Assembly: GCA_037447605.1 (NCBI GenBank)
Contig: CM074822.1
Coordinates: forward strand, 1,821,492-1,885,491
Source: Zygnema circumcarinatum SAG 698-1b
Taxonomy: Eukaryota; Plantae; Zygnematophyceae
Length of the DNA: 64,000 nucleotides
Direction of reading: 5' to 3'
Below the pieces are notes generated by a model. That model did no database searches. It was not told the origin of the DNA and saw only the letters and a list, made by a program, of their open reading frames with translations. Below, piece by piece: positions 50,876 through 60,603 of the stretch (the first letter of the stretch is position 1; each line of letters starts with the position of its first letter). The translations under genes and the position numbers were made by a program.

Positions 50876-52870
50876 ATGGCGTTCCTCGGGAAGCTTTTGG
50901 CGGCCCCCGCGGCTCCTTCCCCTCCTCCCCCCCCTCCTCCTCCCGCGGCCCCCGCCCCTCTGAGCGGCGCAGAGCTCCTCGCCCTCCTCCAGCAGCACCA
51001 CGCCGCCAAGAGCGCGCGGGACCGCCACGTGGCCGCCTCCCCGCGCTCCTCCTCCCCCGCCAGCGTCTTCCCGCAGGAGATCAAGTTCGAGTCCACCCTC
51101 GCGCGGGCCATGGAGGCCGCCCAGAGGGAGAAGCCCGAGAGCAGCCATGGCTCCCTCCCGCCGGTCTGGCAGACGATCGGCAGCGCCCTCCTGTCCCCTT
51201 CGCCGTCCGACTCGAAGCAGAGCGTAGCAGGCGGCAGCCCGGGGGGGGCATCGCCAGACGGCGGGTGGGGGAGCCACGGCAGCCATGGCCGCCTCTGGCT
51301 CGAGTGCATGCTCGCGGTGGCCAGCGGGCAGTGGCCGCCTCCCCCCCCCGACAGCAGCCCTAGCGGCAGCCATGGCTCCCCCCGCCTGAAGACGGAGGCC
51401 GCCGCCATGCCGCGCCTTGCGGATGCGGGCGGGACTGGGCACAGCGAGCTCGCTTCGCAGCAGTCCATGGCTCTGCTCCGCGCGGCCGCCGCGCAGAGGG
51501 CGAAGGCGGGGCCGCTGCCGGCCATGGGTGCTGCAGATGGGGGAGGGAGGGAGGGCCACAGGGAAGCCATGGCGAGCCTCGCAGGGGTCTCTCTCCTGCC
51601 GAGCTTTCGCGACCTCATGGCGAAGCAGAATGCGGGCAAGGTGGTGGAGCCGAGCTCGGCAGCCATGGACGCGCAGCCTCTCAAGCTCCCGGACCTCAGC
51701 GCTCACAGCCTCCTCGCCGCCCTCTCCAGCCTCTCGTCCGCGGCATCCCAACCCTTTGGATCCATGGCGGCTGCCACCAAGCCGGACTCTCTGAGCCATC
51801 TGAAGAAGCGGCCCTTCCCGGAGGAGAGCAGCAGCAGCCATTTCCGGTTCGGGCCGGGGGGGGCGGCCTTCTCCTCCCTCCGCCTGCCCGCCGCAAAGCA
51901 GCGGAAGGTGGTAGTGGTCTCCTCCCCCTCCTCCTCCTATGGCGGCCCCGCCTCCATCTCCACTCCCTCCCCCCGCGACACCAACCTTGCACGCGCTTTT
52001 GAGGCGCGGCCGAGCCCGTCTCCCCAGCACGCCGCCGCCATGGCCGAGGAGGGCGAGCAGGAGGAGAGCTACGGACCGTTCTCCGCCGAGGCCGGCGCCC
52101 CCTCTCTCTCTCTGCCCACGTGGCAGAAGCTCCTGCTCTCCCCCCGTCCCGATCCGGCCCCACACGTGCGGCGCGAGACAGGTGGCGGCCGCCTGTGCTG
52201 CCCCAAGGGCTGCGCCATTTTCGGTCGAACGTGCGGCGGCGGCAGCCCTCCCGCCATATTCACATCGAGGGGGCCCTTTCCGGCCTTCTCTTCGTCTCAG
52301 GGGAGCCTCACTCCCCAAACGCCGCCTCCAATTTCGACATTGAGAGCATCCGGGAGGAAGGCTCTGCCGGCATCCAAGCTCGGCCATGGCTGCGCTTCCT
52401 TCGCCGGCAGCCCGTCGTCCACTTCGGTTCGGCTGGAGCAGAGCTTGTCGCCAGACCGGCAGAATGGAGGAGGCGGCCCTCTCTCCGGCGGGGAGAGGGA
52501 GAGGGAGAGGGAGAGGGAGAGGGAGAGGGAGAGAGAGAGAGAGAGGGAGCAGCCGCCGCAGAGCTTCCTCCTCTTCGGACAGAGCCTCGCGGCGAAGTTG
52601 GAGGCTCCCCGCGCCCCCCTGCCACCCCCCAAGGAGGTTGCAGTAGCGGCCGCCAACCTTTGGCTGCGGCTGCAGAGGAAGCAGCCGAGCAGAGGAGGCA
52701 CCGCAAATGCAGAACAGCAGAGTGGATTCTCCCCTCCTCCTCGCCATCACCCTCCCCTCCCCCCTCCCACTGCCCCTGCCCCTCCCCCTTCCCTTCCCAC
52801 TTCCCTCCCCTGCTTTGCGAGAGCGGTAGCAGCAGTGCCCGCGGGTCTGGACTTGGACCTGAGGCTGTAG
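50876..52870 (+). CDS. Intronless 664-aa low-complexity protein with LFG motifs and a C-terminal EAR motif (LDLDLRL*); divergent paralogue of 44786..46615
   Basis: ctccATGg at 50876, in frame with ORF 50717..52870. Contains KKRPF and KQRK (NLS-like), CCPKGCAIFGRTC, an (ER)n repeat, FLLFGQSL, LWLRLQ and terminal LDLDLRL. Confidence 0.8.
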   Translation: MAFLGKLLAAPAAPSPPPPPPPPAAPAPLSGAELLALLQQHHAAKSARDRHVAASPRSSSPASVFPQEIKFESTLARAMEAAQREKPESSHGSLPPVWQTIGSALLSPSPSDSKQSVAGGSPGGASPDGGWGSHGSHGRLWLECMLAVASGQWPPPPPDSSPSGSHGSPRLKTEAAAMPRLADAGGTGHSELASQQSMALLRAAAAQRAKAGPLPAMGAADGGGREGHREAMASLAGVSLLPSFRDLMAKQNAGKVVEPSSAAMDAQPLKLPDLSAHSLLAALSSLSSAASQPFGSMAAATKPDSLSHLKKRPFPEESSSSHFRFGPGGAAFSSLRLPAAKQRKVVVVSSPSSSYGGPASISTPSPRDTNLARAFEARPSPSPQHAAAMAEEGEQEESYGPFSAEAGAPSLSLPTWQKLLLSPRPDPAPHVRRETGGGRLCCPKGCAIFGRTCGGGSPPAIFTSRGPFPAFSSSQGSLTPQTPPPISTLRASGRKALPASKLGHGCASFAGSPSSTSVRLEQSLSPDRQNGGGGPLSGGEREREREREREREREREREQPPQSFLLFGQSLAAKLEAPRAPLPPPKEVAVAAANLWLRLQRKQPSRGGTANAEQQSGFSPPPRHHPPLPPPTAPAPPPSLPTSLPCFARAVAAVPAGLDLDLRL

Positions 52871-53423
52871 CGCCCCTCGCCGTGTTCATAGTTTTGGGTC
52901 GGAGCCTTTATTTTTGTGCCGTCCTCTGTCGATTAGTCAGGAGGGAGCTGTCCAGCCGTAGCTGTAAAGTTGTCTTTAGGGCAATAGCGATACATTCATG
53001 TACATGTACACCACAATTTGAATGAATAATGTGGAGATCCCACAGACACCCTCAGGGTTTCTGCTTCCATGCCAGATTGAAATTTTGCGCCGCCCTCTGC
53101 TGTAAGCTTCTTTTATTCTTTTGTTCTTTTATGCCTATCTGTTGGTACCCCTCCCATGTTAGTCGTCCCTTCTTTTGCAGTGGACGGCTGAGTTTGTTCC
53201 ACAATTGGCAGCACCCGCGTGGCCAGGCAGCGGTGAGCTGAGCCCTGCAGCCATGTTTGACTGACCCAACCAAACCAGGAAGGCAGCATGCTCATCAATG
53301 GACATGGGGCAATCCTCTTTACTGCTGTAAGCAAGGCTTGATCCAGACTCGCACACATTTTACATTCAGCCTCCACCCACCCATCCCACTTTTAACCCTA
53401 TGTCCTCCTCGCCTATGCGCTGC

Positions 53424-56400
53424 TCACTGAGCGAATCGCTTTCGACACAGCAGCGACCCCTTCTCCTCGTACTCCCTCTTTGTGACGGCCCTCCCCTTGA
53501 ACTCCTCACTGCTTGCGAACAGCGACCCGCCGCACCATGCGCTCAGCACAGGACTGCAGCATGTGCACGCAAACCCAAAGCAGCACCCGCAAGACATCAG
53601 CGACATGCACTCGTTATTGCTCCACAAAAGAAGAAAAGCGAAGGACGATAAGCTCATCAGACCGACCGACCTTGCCCGCACCATCACAGACAGCCTACAT
53701 GCATACATGCATACATGCATGCATGCAGAGCTGCCCCTCCCTCATGCGCGGCAGACCCACCTGGGGGGCGTATGCAGCCGAAGGTCGTATTCGTCCGGCA
53801 CCAACGGTCTTAGCTCCGCTTCTCTGCCATCCATGGGGGGGGGGTGGGAAGGGAAACAGACGGGTCATGTGAGATGATGCATCGCCGGCATGCATGCATG
53901 CATGGAGGCTGCATGCATGGCATGCATGCATCCCCCCCCATGGCAGCGGCAGCACTGCCTGCCACGCTGTGGAAGTCCACTCACAAGCGCTCTCGAAAGA
54001 AGGGGAAAAGTGTGCTCCCACCCGTCAATAGAATGCTGCCACATGCCAAATCCAACTAACGTTGGGTAAAGACACCTCCGAAACTGCCCCATCTAAGGCT
54101 TTTGTTTTCATCAAGCATGTTTCTAAAAGCACAAGTCTATAAGCATGCTTCCTAACCTTTGCCTATGGCAACCCCCCTCGTAAAGCAACATGGAGGCCCT
54201 TTCCGCTCACCTTGAGTAAAGAAGCGGCTGCAACTCCGCAGGGCTTGCCCTAACGGCACGATCTATGCATTCCGCCAAACCTGCCTCGTTCATCCCTGCA
54301 AGCAACCGCAAAGAGAGTCCGAAAGCGCTCATGGAAACAGGAAAATACTTGCTACGTCTCGAAAAAGAATGTTAATTCTCGCCCAGAGAAGAAACAGGTG
54401 AAGTAGAATATGCCATCCATTATAGAATTACCATGAGCTATACCCTCCAATCTCTCCGTGCACCGATCTACAAACCCATTGCCTATTTCTTCCTCCCCCT
54501 CCCGGGACACCCATTTGAATCTTGGACGATCTAACGCACATTTGCTGCCATTCAGAGCAAAGCGAGTTCGGCACAAAATCTCGCACCGAGGTCAGTCGGG
54601 TGAAACAGAGTTTCAGGAACCATGAAACGCTCGTTTGTGAGGGATAACTCCTGCAGCGCATAGAGAGAGACGTACAAGCAGTCAAAAAGTCAAAACACAA
54701 AGACAAAGGAAACGACACAAGACTACAGAAACAGAAAAACATCTCCAGATAACTCATGCACACCTGCTGCAGAGCTGCTGCCTCTTCCTCCCCTTTCCGC
54801 TTCCCTCGTGGACCACCACCCGGCGGTTCAGTAGGGACTTTCTTGCCTCCCCCTTCGAATCCTTTGCCATCCTTTGTCATACCCCCAACTCTTGCATTCT
54901 GCACTTGCCCTATCGCTGCGGATTCATCATCTGCAGCGACCTGCTTCTGCTTCTTAAGGAGCTCTGCCTGCAACTGCAGAGCCCCCTTCGCTTTCTCCAA
55001 ATCCTTGACATACCCGCGGCGGTGGCGAACTCCATCCGGCAGCACATATTCGGAGCGGAAAGGGTTCGTTGGACCTGCAGACCTGCTCTTGGCCTTCTTA
55101 AAACTTCAGAGTTTGACCCCAAAATGGTAAGAACACTGGGGTTTGGCGGCTCAGAGGGACTCACCTGCCGATGTTCAGATCTCGAAGAACATCCATGGAG
55201 CAGAAGCACAGCTTTTCCTTCACATCTTCCATGAGATATGTTTCATCCATCATGTTCCATGCGCGATATGATACCAGCTCCTTCAAATAGTTTGTTAGCG
55301 CTTTTCCACCCAGGTTGATTCGCCTGTCCATCCGAAACCCATACATGCAGTTCAGTAAACGCAATTAAAGGACCTACAAGGAAATACACGAACATAACAC
55401 TTGTGAAGGTCCGAGAAACCCTTGATGGAAAAACCTATTTTGTCACTTGTACGCTGGAATTGAACGTTTTTGCTTAACAAATGTCTGGTCGATAGAAACG
55501 CACCGCACAGCGCTTTTTATGATGTGGCCATTGAATATTGGCACCGCGTGTGTGAAGGAGAAGCCTGCGTCTACGACAAGACTGCAATCAGATCTCGCCA
55601 GAAGACTTCCTGGATGAAGCTTTGCCTACATCATGCAACAAACAGGAAACGCACCATATATCATTCAAGTTCGCGCATGCTCAAATGCATAGATGGTAGA
55701 AACAAGGCGAGGAAAGACCCTGTATCTGAACGAAGAAGGGGGCTTACTTGGTGAAGGTGACTGAGCACTGGCGGCGCCATGGTGCAGTACGATCGAAATC
55801 CATACTCCTCAAATACCACTTCGTCTGTGGCCTTCTGAATTGAGCTGAGGGTGAAGAGGGGCTCAGTTAGCAGCAGGCTGCACTCTGATGGTTTCACCTG
55901 GGCCAATTAGAGCTGGGCCTTTTGTTACAAGCTGCCCTCTGCTGTTCCCACCTGAACCAGAATTAACCAAAGTTGACAAAAGCCAACCTTGAGAGCAGTT
56001 GCTAAGACTTTCGCAATGACCAGTGCGACATCACAAGGGAGTAATGGCGGCTGCGGGTCGGATCAACCTGCGGAGTTGACGGGCCAACCTCGGACCGCAG
56101 AAGGGAAATATTCACACCTTCAGATGCACGCTGAGCGCGCGGTCCCAGACCTCCTTTTGCGCATCCCAGTTCACCACATAGCCTCGGTCCACGGGGCGGC
56201 GGAAGGTCAGCCCCTGCATCGTGCACGCCCAGTAAGAGAGGACGGCACTACCGGGATCACAAATTCTTAACGGAACTTTCGGACGTTGTTCTAAATGAAC
56301 AGTGTGCTGACCATTGCAAACGCGAAGCTTATACTGCTTATTTTTTCTTAACCTGCACTAGTCTTAGTTAAAAGTTGATTTCCGTCCGTTGTGCAGTACG

Positions 56401-56865
56401 CAACACGAGATTGAGATCAATTCCAATTCTATTCAAGCTTGACGCCCGCCTTCTTGTCATGCTCTAGCTGATAAGTACCAGCAAGAAGCGTCCTTGACTT
56501 GAATTACACACATCATCACTTTGACCTAAAGGGTGACCACACTTCGACAATAGAGTCTTCTCTAGCGGTTTCACGTACTACGAAGCTATTCTTCAGCTTG
56601 TCTTTTCATTTCTTTTTTCTTCCTTAACTGCGGCGTAAGGCCATGGCGGGCCCTCCAGGGCCCTCGAGCAGACCTGCACGTCGTCGCAGTTGTGGACCTC
56701 GTCAGCGACGAAGGCCCGGCGGCCCGCTCCCCCCTTGGCGCGGAAGACGCAGTTGGGCAGGACGGCGCGCGGCGCGGCCTCACCCGCCAGCCCCGCGCGG
56801 CACTGCGACCCGCCGCTGTCCAGCACCACCACCACCCCCTCCCTCTCCCTCTCTCTCTCCGCCAT
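53424..56865 (-). CDS. ARP6: Actin-related protein 6 (SWR1 complex subunit)
   Basis: VVVLDSGG...AVLPNC | RRPVDRGYVVNWDAQKEVW | SLLLTEPLF...DEVVFEEYGF | LVVDAGFSFTHAVP | INLGGKALTNYLKELVSYR...DETYLMEDVKEKLCF | YVLPDGV | LTNERFMVPETLFHPTDLG-MNEAGLAECI | ILLTGGSTLFP | ELRPLVPDEY | AWCGGSL...VTKREYEEKGS..CRKRF*, joined by GT-AG introns. Confidence 0.95.
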
Positions 56866-57046
56866 GGCTGCCAGCCGTCCCTCCCGCGGGCTGCGACTTT
56901 CCGCCCGGCGCGCTCCATGCGCGCGAAACTGCCGCCGTATAACGGGGAGGAACGGAACGGAACAGAGGGGGCAAGGAGCTTCGGCTGGAGCAGTTGGCGG
57001 TGCGATCTCAGCTCGCTGTTTGTTGAAGGCCAGGTCCCTGGTCCCT

Positions 57047-57120
57047 CGTGGTTCCCCAAGCTGCTTTTGTCCATGTACATTTGATGGCATCATCGCCATC
57101 GTGAGATCAATGCCATTCCC
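57047..57120 (+). repeat. Short interspersed repeat, copy 1 (copy 2 at 60078-60153)
   Basis: Both copies share cgtggttcccca...gtccatgtacatttgatg(g/a)catcatcgccatcgt...atcaatgcca. Confidence 0.75.
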
Positions 57121-58249
57121 CCCCCTCACGATGTCATAATGTGCGAGCGTGTGTGGGGGTGTTGGGGGGGGCGAGGCCGTTCAACATTAGGGAAATGTTT
57201 GGTGGCGTGTCGCTGTGCGGGGGCGTGCGCGGCTCGAGGGCACAACGCATCGCTGGGAGGGAGACATGCCTTCGCCGTGCCGATGGTCGCTCGATGAGCC
57301 GGGGCGACTGCAGCTCTGAGGTGGCCATCGGTTTGAAGCGTGGGAGTGCCGCCGATTATCCTCACGGTTGAAAAGGGAAAGCCAACGGTTCATGGTTTGT
57401 CAGGCTGCTTAAGCCTGTACTTTTTCGCATTCACGAAATTTGTGATTAGAATCGCAAGCATGCATTGCCTAGGAGAACACAAAATCTCCTATGATGAGAA
57501 TCCATTTTCATAAGCAAACACCAGAAAGCACTTGGTTTCTGCAGTTCAACCAAACTTTCAGGTGGAAAGAATTGATGCTCAAGCATAAAAGGCTGACTCC
57601 TAGAATCCATCTTAACTGAAACTAGTGATTTATCCTACTTCAAGTATCCCTAAACCAGGCATACTCGTTCACCCGGACGAGGATACCCTTCTGCTCCTCT
57701 TCTAAGGGCTTGCATAGCTCCCGTACGTATACCCCTTGTAGATATCGCTATGGATCAGAAACATGTAGAATAAACAAGGTTCTTAATTATGAACATACAC
57801 TCGGCCCCATACAACCAAGATCCCAATCGCGACTCCTCCCATGTGAAAGATAACGCAAACAATGGAGAACTCACCTCTACCTCCATTTCTTCATCAAGCT
57901 TCGAAAACTGTGTTGAATTTAAACGCGCTGAGAAGTTGCAACTCAGAGCGTGGTTCCCCAATTGAAAACCTGTTTGTATGCTCATGAATCAGGAGCGGGA
58001 CCGGGGGGTCTCGCTCGAAGTGTGGTAGATGATCGAGGGCAGAGAGGAGAGAGGATCAGTCGGGAAATGCTTCCATCTTTAGGTGTAGTATTAGCTCAAG
58101 GCCAGTCAGGCAATCAAACGCCAAACGGAGAGACAGCCACACCGCCATGCACGGAAGGAGAGGTTCATGATTGCAACCTTTTTAAAAGGGATGAGGTGGC
58201 CGAGGCTTTAGCGAAAGGAAGGTGGCAACTGGATCTCAACCAAGCTGAA

Positions 58250-58613
58250 GGAAAAATGGATGATGTTGGAAATGATGTTGAGAGTCACGGTACAGGTAGA
58301 TGAAGAGTGGAGTGAGAAAAAAGGCGGGAGGATTGTGATTGGACAACAACTGTGGAAAGAATGAAAGAAGAGACTATTACGGAGGTCTCTTTGGAATGGT
58401 AAACATGTGACAAGATGAAACAAGATTGGAGCTCTGGGTGGTGTGTGTCCTGTTTACCATTCCAAAGAGACCTCTGCAATAGCCTCTTCGTTCATTCTTT
58501 CCACATAGTCGTCATCGTATCCAATCACAATCCTCCCGCCTTCTTCCTCACTCCACTCTTCATCTACCTGCACCATGACTCTAAGCATCACTTTTAGCAT
58601 CATCCATTTTTCC
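58250..58613. repeat. Long imperfect inverted repeat (arms 58250-58405 and 58451-58613; ~45-nt spacer)
   Basis: The left arm ggaaaaatggatgatg...ctctttggaatggtaaaca matches the reverse complement of the right arm tgtttaccattccaaagag...catcatccatttttcc, with scattered substitutions and one indel. Confidence 0.92.
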
Positions 58614-59279
58614 TCCCTCTCCCTCTCCGCTATGGCCGCCAGCCGTCCCTCGCTGCGACTTCACGCCCGACGCGCTCCATGCGCGCGAAACACGGGACGG
58701 TAGAGAGGCCTCGCGGGGCCTCCCTCGGCTGGAGCATTCATTATTGGACTCTGCGACCTCGCCTCGCCTCGCCTCGCCTCGCCTCGCCTTGTGCTGCTTC
58801 AACGTGCGAGCGCGTGTGAGGGGTTGTGTGGGCGGGGGGGCGAGTCCAGTCCGCTGAACAGGCGGAGAATGGTTCCTTTCGGGCGAGAGGCTGTGCGGGT
58901 GCGTGCGCGGCTCGAGTGCACATCAAACACATCGATGCGAGGGAGAGAGCGCTGCGCCGTTTGCCGTTGGTCGCTCGATGAGCCGGGGAGACTGCAAGTC
59001 TGAGGTGGCCGCTTTGAAACGTGGGAATGCCACCGATTATCCTCACGGTTGACGAGGGAAAACCAACGGTTTATGGCTTGTCGAGCTGCTTAAGCCTGGA
59101 CTTTGCTCGCATTCACGAAACATGAGATTGGAATGGCAAGCATTGCCTAGGGGAACACAAAATCTCCTATGATGAGAATCCATTTTCATAAGCAAACACC
59201 AGGAAGCACTTGGTTTCTACAGTCCAACCAAACGTTCAGGTGGAAATAATTGATTCAAATGTGGTCAAGCATAGAAGGC
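58612..59279 (-). pseudogene. Degenerate duplicate of the ARP6 promoter/5'UTR/first codons (source 56840-57592); start codon changed from ATG to ATA
   Basis: Collinear blocks, e.g. ccagccgtccct...cgctccatgcgcgcgaaac, ggtcgctcgatgagccgggg, ccgattatcctcacggttga and aacacaaaatctcctatgatgagaatccattttcataagcaaacaccag. gccatgg has become gctatgg. Confidence 0.8.
58757..58788. repeat. (CTCGC)n pentanucleotide microsatellite
   Basis: About 6 units read directly; absent from the source copy near ARP6. Confidence 0.85.
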
Positions 59280-59840
59280 GAATGAGAAGTGGCTGAGGGC
59301 CCCTGCAGCACACGGGCCGATACATGTCGACTCCCAATAGCTCCATTGATCAAGCTCGATCAAGCGAAACTAGTCGACCAGCCCTGAACAAGCGAAGCTG
59401 CATTCAATTGCCGAGAAATGATGAGGAACTAAAATTTGCGATAGGACCTATCCCACTCTAGAACAAGCTACTGCTGCTCAAAAGGACGCCACCCAACAGA
59501 AATCAATCGAAAGAACCATCACAAGAAAGCAAAACTTCAGCAGCCGTTTGCACCCGCCTTTTTCTTTCCCAACCAGCCCTTCTCACTGCATTTCCCTCTC
59601 GCCGCACATCCCTCTGCCTGCACCCACAGGCGAACAGCCTTCCAGCGTCCCTCCCTCTCCGCCTGGTAATTGAGCTGAACGTGCAGCGCTATCGCATGAC
59701 ACCGCAGGTCGCGGAAATTGGGCGGACGGGCAGCTCTGGCCGGCTTCAGCCAGCCATGGCTGCCTGCTGGGCGCCGCGAGGTGGTGCGATTGCTTTTTTA
59801 TTTGATGCAAATTATTAAACTTAGCCATTCAATCAAACAA

Positions 59841-59930
59841 GAGCATTTGGCCGAGTGGTTAAGGCGCACGCCTGCTACCTGTGAGAGTGTGTGGGTTCTA
59901 CCCGCGAGAGTTCGAATCTCTCAGTGCTCG
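59841..59930 (+). tRNA. tRNA-Ser(GCT) with an 8-nt intron at the canonical 37/38 position
   Basis: Acceptor GAGCATT/AGTGCTC, D-arm GCC-GAGTGGTTAA-GGC, anticodon stem CACGC/GTGTG, loop CT-GCT-A[cctgtgag]A, long variable arm, T-arm GAGAG-TTCGAAT-CTCTC, discriminator G. The spliced length is 82 nt. Upstream CAA triplets and a downstream TTTT terminator are present. Confidence 0.92.
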
Positions 59931-59943
59931 TTTTGTACTTTGT

Positions 59944-60001
59944 TGCTACCTGTGAGTGTGTGTGGGTTCTACCCGCGAGAGTTCGAATCTCTCAGTGCTC
60001 G
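59944..60001 (+). pseudogene. Tandem duplicate of the tRNA-Ser 3' half (anticodon, intron, 3' exon) plus terminator
   Basis: 59873-59943 is repeated with a 71-bp period and one substitution (A38 to T). No 5' half or A-box. Confidence 0.9.
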
Positions 60002-60077
60002 TTTTGTACTTTGTTGTGGAGCAACCATTGAAATGTTTGCGTGGTCTTTTCCTTTTTGTCCAGTGGGTTGCAAAGGA

Positions 60078-60153
60078 CGTGGTTCCCCATGATGGTGTTG
60101 TCCATGTACATTTGATGACATCATCGCCATCGTCACATCAATGCCACATCCCC
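60078..60153 (+). repeat. Short interspersed repeat, copy 2 (copy 1 at 57047-57120)
   Basis: Same shared core as copy 1. Confidence 0.75.
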
Positions 60154-60470
60154 TGAGTTTCCGGTCAGCTATTGTCCACGTCGATACAACGGTCGCCAGC
60201 CGTGCCTACTTGTTTGAACCATTGGCCTCAGACGTGGCTAACTAGATGTTGGTACAGCAAGTCACCATGTTGGTTCGAACAATTAAATTTGATGGTGAGT
60301 GAGCACTGCCAGTGGTTGCAGCCTTTGAGTGGAGGACAATTACCAATGGTTGCAATCTTTGTTTACCAGGGAATGCCAACCAAACCAATCAATGGGAACT
60401 ATTGGCCAACATCCATCTTTGACTAATAATTGCTGATCTAATGGTTCGATTTGTGCTGTACTGTACAATA

Positions 60471-60603
60471 GGGGGTGTCAGACTTAACGAAATCTTACGA
60501 ACAAAAAAAATTTGTAAGTACTCCGCCGCACCAGGATTGCGATGTCACCTAAGTACTCGTTCTGGTCTCAAACTTACGAACGATTTTTAAGTCTGACACC
60601 CCC
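60471..60603. mobile_element. 133-bp MITE (non-autonomous DNA transposon)
   Basis: Perfect 17-bp TIRs GGGGGTGTCAGACTTAA (60471-87) and TTAAGTCTGACACCCCC (60587-603), flanked by TA on both sides. An alternative reading is an 18-bp TIR with an AAT TSD. Confidence 0.88.

Noticed and set aside
50567-52750. 727-aa antisense ORF overlapping EAR gene 2 (and similar antisense ORFs over EAR gene 1)
   Set aside because: Stop-codon scarcity is expected antisense to very GC-rich coding DNA, and no coherent motifs were seen.
57491-57596. Possible box C/D snoRNA (ATGATGA ... CTGA)
   Set aside because: No clear terminal stem, no rRNA-complementary guide that I could identify, and the D box is lost in the duplicate. 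A snoscan or Infernal search would settle it.
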